Source: an uncultured Bacilli bacterium
GTDB lineage: Bacteria > Bacillota_I > Bacilli_A > RF39 > UBA660
Length of the DNA stretch: 59,905 nt
Direction: 5' to 3'
Assembly (NCBI GenBank): GCA_944332635.1
Contig: CALVKI010000016.1
Coordinates: 1 to 59,905 of the forward strand
Below, in pieces: positions 55,819 to 59,905 of this stretch; within the stretch, counting starts at the first letter, position 1; every line of letters begins with the position of its first letter. Below the pieces are notes generated by a model. The model had not been told where the DNA came from. It worked only from the letters and a program-made list of their open reading frames with translations, and made no database searches. Both the position numbers and the translations under genes were made by a program.

Positions 55819-56661
55819 ATGAACAAGAAAAAAATAACAGATCATTTTGGACAAGAAGATACCTATAAATTATATAGAACTGTATATGAAATTATTCATC
55901 CAACCATATCAAAAAAAAATATCTCAAACTACAAAATAATCTTACAAGAAGAATTAATACCTTTAAGAATATTTTATCCCAAAAAGATTTCAAAATTAGA
56001 AAAAGCTATCATATATATTCCCGGAAGATCTTGGGTTGTAAACGGAGTTAAAAGTTATAGTGATGTTTGTCAAGATTTAGCAAAAAAATTAGACATCATT
56101 ATCATTGCCCTAGATTATGAATTAAGAGATAAGGGCTACATGAGGACCGTGAAAGAATGCTATGAAACAATTAAATATTTAATAGATGGACTAAAAAGAG
56201 TAGGCATTGAACAAAAAAAAATAACAGTAATAGGTGACTCTACTGGAGCGAGTATCTTAGCTAATATTTCAATGATTGAAGAAAATAAAATACCAAAACA
56301 AATATTACTATATCCAGCTCTTGATTTGACGTTTAAAGAAAAATACCCATCATTAGACCAAAACAATAAATTAGATTTGTTAACGCTACCTCATATAAAA
56401 AAATTTGCACAAAAATATATAGATAAAAACTACCTATCCCCACTTAAGAGTGAAAGTTATCAAACATGGCCAAAAACATTAATTATTACCGGAGACTTAG
56501 ATCCATTACGTGATGAAGGCGAAAATCTTTACCATAAACTAAAAAAGGAAAAAAAAGTTTCAACATATCTAAATATAAAATTTGCTTGCCATGGTTTTAT
56601 AAATAGCAAAGATGAAGAATCCATAGAAGAATATTTTAAAGAAATAAAGAATTTTATATAA
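55819..56661 (+). CDS. Alpha/beta hydrolase (esterase/lipase, HSL-like fold-3)
   Basis: Nucleophile elbow GDSTGAS, a later DPLRDEG, and a C-terminal CHGF. Confidence 0.7.
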   Translation: MNKKKITDHFGQEDTYKLYRTVYEIIHPTISKKNISNYKIILQEELIPLRIFYPKKISKLEKAIIYIPGRSWVVNGVKSYSDVCQDLAKKLDIIIIALDYELRDKGYMRTVKECYETIKYLIDGLKRVGIEQKKITVIGDSTGASILANISMIEENKIPKQILLYPALDLTFKEKYPSLDQNNKLDLLTLPHIKKFAQKYIDKNYLSPLKSESYQTWPKTLIITGDLDPLRDEGENLYHKLKKEKKVSTYLNIKFACHGFINSKDEESIEEYFKEIKNFI

Positions 56662-56690
56662 AAAACTAGTTATTAAAAAGGATGAGAAAG

Positions 56691-57233
56691 ATGGAAAGAA
56701 GAAGAACAAAAAAAGATATCGTAAAAATGTTGCTAAGAAACAATGAATTAGAAGAACAAGATGAAGAAGAATTATTAAATTTATTAATTGATCAACCAAT
56801 CGCAATTGATGTTGATAAGCAAGAGGAAGCAAAAATGACAAAAGGAGATCATTTTGCCGATAAATTAAGCGAAATTGCTGGAAGCTGGACCTTTATATTC
56901 TTATTTATTGCCTTTTTGCTAGGATGGATTATTTTAAATACTGTTATTTTAGCAAAAGGAGAAGCAATTGATCCATATCCATTTATATTATTAAATCTTG
57001 TTCTATCATGTATCGCAGCTCTACAGGCCCCAATTATTATGATGAGTCAGAATCGTCAAGCAGAAAAAGATAGTTTACGTAACCAAAATGATTATCGAAC
57101 AGATTTAAAAAGTGAACTTATTCTTGAATCTTTACACGATCAAATGAATTTAATTTTAAAAAATCAACGTCAAATATTAAAATATATAAAAGAAAAAGAA
57201 GGGGAAAAACATGAATCTAAAAAAAATAGCTAA
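56691..57233 (+). CDS. DUF1003-family membrane protein
   Basis: FADKLSEIAGSWTFIFLF...DPYPFILLNLVLSCIAALQAPIIMMSQNRQAEKD is the DUF1003 core. Confidence 0.75.
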   Translation: MERRRTKKDIVKMLLRNNELEEQDEEELLNLLIDQPIAIDVDKQEEAKMTKGDHFADKLSEIAGSWTFIFLFIAFLLGWIILNTVILAKGEAIDPYPFILLNLVLSCIAALQAPIIMMSQNRQAEKDSLRNQNDYRTDLKSELILESLHDQMNLILKNQRQILKYIKEKEGEKHESKKNS

Positions 57234-57783
57234 ATTTATGATATTAATTGTAATTGGAATTAGCCTAGTTGGTTGTAGTGATAATAAAAATACAGCTACA
57301 ACTCAAAATAATGAGATACCCAATTCCTCAATTGATACTGCTACCTATGACAGGGGGTATTTAGCAATACCTGAAGAAGAAGTAAAAGACATGGAAAAAA
57401 TGACTTGCACTAGAGATGGAAACGGCAAAGATAATTCAGAAGTAAAATTAAATTACACCCTATACTATCAAGGTGAGTATTTGCAAATATTACATTCGAA
57501 AGAACAAATAATTACAGAAAACCAAAATATCCTAGAGGAATATCAATTAGCATATATTAATATATATAGAAATTATGAAAATCTAAAATATTATGAAACA
57601 AGCGTAGTACGAGAAGAAGACAGTGTCACAAACGATACAGTAATTAATTACAGCAAACTAGATACAAATAAACTCCTTGAAATAGAAGGAGAAGAAGATA
57701 ACATTATCAAAGACGGAAAAGTAAAATTAGACGACTGGTTAAAGTTTGCAGAGCAACTTGGAACAACCTGCGATAAAAACTAG
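57211..57783 (+). CDS. Lipoprotein, DUF1307/YehR-like (paralog of 21400..21870)
   Basis: Lipobox SLVGC. Contains MTCT, NLKYY and INYSKLDTN...KDGKVKLDD motifs. Confidence 0.65.
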   Translation: MNLKKIAKFMILIVIGISLVGCSDNKNTATTQNNEIPNSSIDTATYDRGYLAIPEEEVKDMEKMTCTRDGNGKDNSEVKLNYTLYYQGEYLQILHSKEQIITENQNILEEYQLAYINIYRNYENLKYYETSVVREEDSVTNDTVINYSKLDTNKLLEIEGEEDNIIKDGKVKLDDWLKFAEQLGTTCDKN

Positions 57784-57798
57784 AAAGCTAGTTTTTTT
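57776..57798 (+). terminator. Rho-independent terminator
   Basis: AAAACTAG-AAAG-CTAGTTTT followed by Ts. Confidence 0.6.
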
Positions 57799-57889
57799 AT
57801 ACTTTTCCCGATACTTCAATTTATAAATCAAATTGTTTGATTATTTTGTATTGCCAAACATAAAGAAAAAATATATAATAAAAATAGTT

Positions 57890-57964
57890 GTTCGAGTAGT
57901 TCAATGGATAGAATTTCTCCCTCCGACGGAGACGATACGGGTTCGACTCCCATCTCGAACACCA
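57890..57964 (+). tRNA. tRNA-Arg (anticodon CCG), CCA encoded
   Basis: Acceptor GTTCGAG/CTCGAAC, anticodon stem TCTCC/GGAGA with loop CTCCGAC, T loop TTCGACT. There is one C-A mismatch in the T stem. Confidence 0.8.
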
Positions 57965-57993
57965 TTCATATCGAATGTATAAAATAAATATAC

Positions 57994-58067
57994 GCCGATA
58001 TAGTTTAGTGGTAAAACAGATCCTTGGTAAGGATCAGCGGACAGTTCAATTCTGTCTTTCGGCACCA
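57994..58067 (+). tRNA. tRNA-Thr (anticodon GGT), CCA encoded
   Basis: Acceptor GCCGATA/TTTCGGC (one T-T mismatch), D stem GTTT/AAAC, anticodon stem GATCC/GGATC with loop TTGGTAA, T stem GACAG/CTGTC. Confidence 0.8.
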
Positions 58068-58113
58068 GATTGATAGGGAACTCGAACTTTTATAGTTTCG
58101 AGAGTAATAAATT

Positions 58114-58139
58114 ACTAACAGAAATGTTAGTTTTTTTTA
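58114..58139 (+). terminator. Rho-independent terminator after the tRNA pair
   Basis: ACTAACA-GAAA-TGTTAGT followed by an 8-T run. Confidence 0.75.
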
Positions 58140-58168
58140 TTTAAGAAAGAAAGTGAGAGTGATTATAT

Positions 58169-58432
58169 ATGTTAACAATAGAAACTAAAGAATTAAAAAG
58201 AAAGGTTGAAACGATATGCAGGTTTGCAAATGTTAAGTATACATTTGAAAATGGAAATATTATAAGCATTAAAAAAACAAGTATTGCTTATGTAAAACCA
58301 CACATTTTAAAAGTAAAGAATAATGATCATCTAATCTTTGAAAAATGTGATGCTATTTTTATTAATGGTTATAACGAAAAGATAAAAGTTAAAGATTTAG
58401 AAAATTATATTAAAACTAATGCTATTACATAA
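58169..58432 (+). CDS. Hypothetical 87-aa protein (element cargo)
   Basis: ORF with RBS AAGTGAGAG upstream. No motif was recognised. Confidence 0.4.
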   Translation: MLTIETKELKRKVETICRFANVKYTFENGNIISIKKTSIAYVKPHILKVKNNDHLIFEKCDAIFINGYNEKIKVKDLENYIKTNAIT

Positions 58433-58619
58433 ATATGTAATTGACACTTTAAAAATAAAGTATTTAAGTATAAAACTAATAAAAGCAATGCAGTATCTGT
58501 CTTTTATTAGAAAGTGAGGTACTTATATGTCGAATCGCAAACTATTTAAAAGGATTCAAAGGTAATAGTTTGAACTAGTATTTTTGGCTCTCTTTTTTAT
58601 GGAAAAGGAGTTGATAGAA

Positions 58620-59044
58620 ATGACCGAAAAAAAGAAAATCGCAGGAATATATGTAAGAGTTAGTATATAAGAGCAAAGTTTGGAATGGTTGGAACTATAA
58701 AATCAGGACATATTCTAAATAGAACCCCACTAGGTTTTAAAAGAATTGATAAAAAGTTAGTTCAAAATCTAATTACAAAAGATATCATAGTTAGAGTATT
58801 TGACTTATATTTAGAGGGCAAAAGTCATCAAACTATTGCTAATATTTATAGCAAAGAAAAAGTATTAGGTAAAACTAATTGGTATGACTCTACTATTCAA
58901 AAAATTTTATCATATGAACTTTATAAAGGAGATTTTGTAAATGATAAAAGAACAAAGACTCCTACTTATTATGAAAATGTAGTTGACCCAATAGTTAGTA
59001 AAAAAATGGCAAGGTCTAAAGTATGTGTTAGTTTTGATTATTAG
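58620..59044 (+). pseudogene. Large serine recombinase (integrase) pseudogene with a nonsense codon and an internal deletion of the catalytic domain
   Basis: MTEKKKIAGIYVRVSI-TAA-EQSLE is the resolvase N-terminus with the catalytic Ser context. It jumps directly to the 'recombinase' domain (GHILNRTPLGFKRID...VFDLYLEGKSHQTIANIYSKEKV...WYDSTIQKILSYELYKGDFV) and ends prematurely. Confidence 0.7.
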
Positions 59045-59440
59045 AACAATAAATATTCTAGAAATGTAATAAGATTATGGAATGAAAACAAATATATTGA
59101 TTTTGACATTATAGATAAAACACCCAGTGAAATAGATACTTATAATATAAGTAGAATTAAAGCTGAACTAACTACAAAAATAAATGAATCTAATATTTTG
59201 CTAGTTATAAGTGGAGACTATATTAATACTCCTCATAGGAATAGAAGGGAAATTGGATGTATTAATTGACAAAACTGGGAATGCCAGAAAGCATTGGAGC
59301 TAAACAAAAAAATAATATTAGTGAAATTGAAAAGTTCTAATGAAATTTCAGAAGAATTATTAGGTGAATCTAGAGAAGATGTAGTAGGTTTAGAACCAGA
59401 TAAGATTAACAGAGTAACTTCAAATTTAATGGTGCATTAA
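59045..59440 (+). pseudogene. TIR-like / nucleoside 2-deoxyribosyltransferase-like (DUF1863 or ThsB-like) gene remnant
   Basis: There is no start codon. ...SNILLVISGDYINTP...GCIN-TGA-QNWECQKALELNKKIILVKL fits the strand, W..WE helix, strand pattern of TIR-like domains. The in-frame TGA lies at 59267-59269. Confidence 0.35.
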
Positions 59441-59445
59441 GTATT

Positions 59446-59468
59446 AGTTCCACATTGTGGGACTTTTT
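59446..59468 (+). terminator. Rho-independent terminator
   Basis: AGTTCCACA / TGTGGGACT stem (one G-U pair) followed by TTTTT. Confidence 0.55.
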
Positions 59469-59536
59469 AAATGATAAAATAAAAAAATATAAAATAATGT
59501 GTTATAATATAAGGCAATTAATTTGGTGGTGTTGTT

Positions 59537-59905
59537 ATGCAAGAAAGTAATTATTTCTATAATGGCATACCTTTATCTAAATATTGTAAAGATAATAATA
59601 TTAACATAAGTACTATACGAGCAAGAATATGGAAAAAGAAACAAAGTAAAAAATATGAAAATTATACAGAGCAAGAAATTGTGGATATGGTTATAGAGGC
59701 TTATGGTAGTGCTATTAAATATATGTATAAAGGAATAACTTTAAGGCAATATTGTTTAGATAATGGTATTAATATAGGAACTATAAATTCAAGAATAAAT
59801 AATTTAAAAAAGAAAAATAAAAATCTATCAAATGATGAATTAGTAATTTTAGCAATGGAAGAATTTGATAATCAAAATTTTAGATTTTTTTATAAGGGTA
59901 TACCT
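59537..59905 (+). CDS. Tandem-repeat HTH-like protein, 5' partial (runs off the window)
   Basis: ATG at 59537 follows GGTGGTG, and the frame is open to the window end. It has repeats of about 57 aa: Y.GI.L..YC.DN.INI.TI..RI..(K)KK. It is absent from the ORF track because it has no stop. Confidence 0.55.
   Translation, partial: MQESNYFYNGIPLSKYCKDNNINISTIRARIWKKKQSKKYENYTEQEIVDMVIEAYGSAIKYMYKGITLRQYCLDNGINIGTINSRINNLKKKNKNLSNDELVILAMEEFDNQNFRFFYKGIP

Larger units (their letters stand above)
58068..59905. mobile_element. Degraded integrated element (prophage/ICE remnant) abutting tRNA-Thr; extends beyond the window
   Basis: It begins right after a tRNA gene. It contains a broken large serine recombinase, a broken TIR-like gene, and small orphan ORFs of phage-like character. 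Confidence 0.45.

Noticed and set aside
1515-56841. Many 60-130-aa antisense or overlapping ORFs appear in the supplied track. Examples are 1515..1772-, 5363..5611-, 5987..6331-, 7449..7679-, 10664..10945+, 11090..11485-, 20477..20806-, 34902..35204+, 40513..41203-, 44051..44332-, 48073..48312-, 49826..50089-, 54871..55116- and 56569..56841-.
   Set aside because: All lie inside well-supported genes on the opposite strand or frame. They lack an RBS, have low-complexity or hydrophobic composition typical of antisense AT-rich coding DNA, and carry no recognisable motif.
41666-59440. In-frame TGA codons occur at positions where Trp would fit: three cases, CDE-TGA-YQNAW and KYH-TGA-FFKG in the 41.7-42.2 kb remnant, and CIN-TGA-QNWE at 59267. 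These raised the idea of code-4 (TGA=Trp) DNA from a recoded phage or a Mollicutes-like donor.
   Set aside because: The same remnants are also interrupted by TAA and TAG codons and by frameshifts. TGA is the genuine stop of several solid genes here, for example the response regulator ending at 31577 and the BceB-like gene ending at 38724. TGG to TGA is also the expected decay mutation in an AT-biased genome. Ordinary pseudogenisation is the simpler explanation.
1-59905. I looked for CRISPR arrays, rRNA genes, intact IS elements or transposases, and long non-coding direct repeats.
   Set aside because: None was found by eye. The only notable DNA-level repeats are the in-gene protease repeats, the collagen triplets and the 23-nt NAD operator block.

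Overview
This is a very AT-rich chromosome segment from a low-GC Firmicute. It uses the standard bacterial code: TGA terminates many well-supported genes. Gene content and Bacillus-like synteny (tkt-sirA-yneF; rpsT / gpr-spoIIP-yqxA; a BclA-like collagen protein) point to an endospore former, probably Erysipelotrichia or Clostridia-like. About 60 genes are supportable. 1-22 kb is mostly core housekeeping: transketolase, UvrC, MutL, MiaA, S20, sporulation genes, YidD, RNase III and RNase J. 22-42 kb looks accessory: a secreted ATLF-like metalloprotease with a homopolymer frameshift, a collagen-like exosporium-type protein, a CMD-flavodoxin-cupin operon behind a MerR-type promoter, a Bce-type peptide-antibiotic resistance module with two ABC transporters, YfhO, and a 1.1-kb decayed region. 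43-51 kb is a complete NAD salvage island (pncA-pncB-nudix-nadE, nadD, pncC, nrtR, nadK) with a duplicated promoter/operator. 51-57.8 kb carries uvsE, murI and a split Aas-like lipid acylation module. After tRNA-Arg/tRNA-Thr, the last 1.8 kb is a degraded integrated element (serine recombinase pseudogene, TIR-like remnant, tandem-repeat HTH-like gene). No rRNA, CRISPR array or intact transposase was seen. The best candidate for an undescribed system is a terminator-bounded three-gene operon at 14796-17649. I cannot place its helical proteins in any family, and two of them carry what look like mTERF-like repeats. All domain calls come from reading motifs by eye and need profile or structure searches to confirm.
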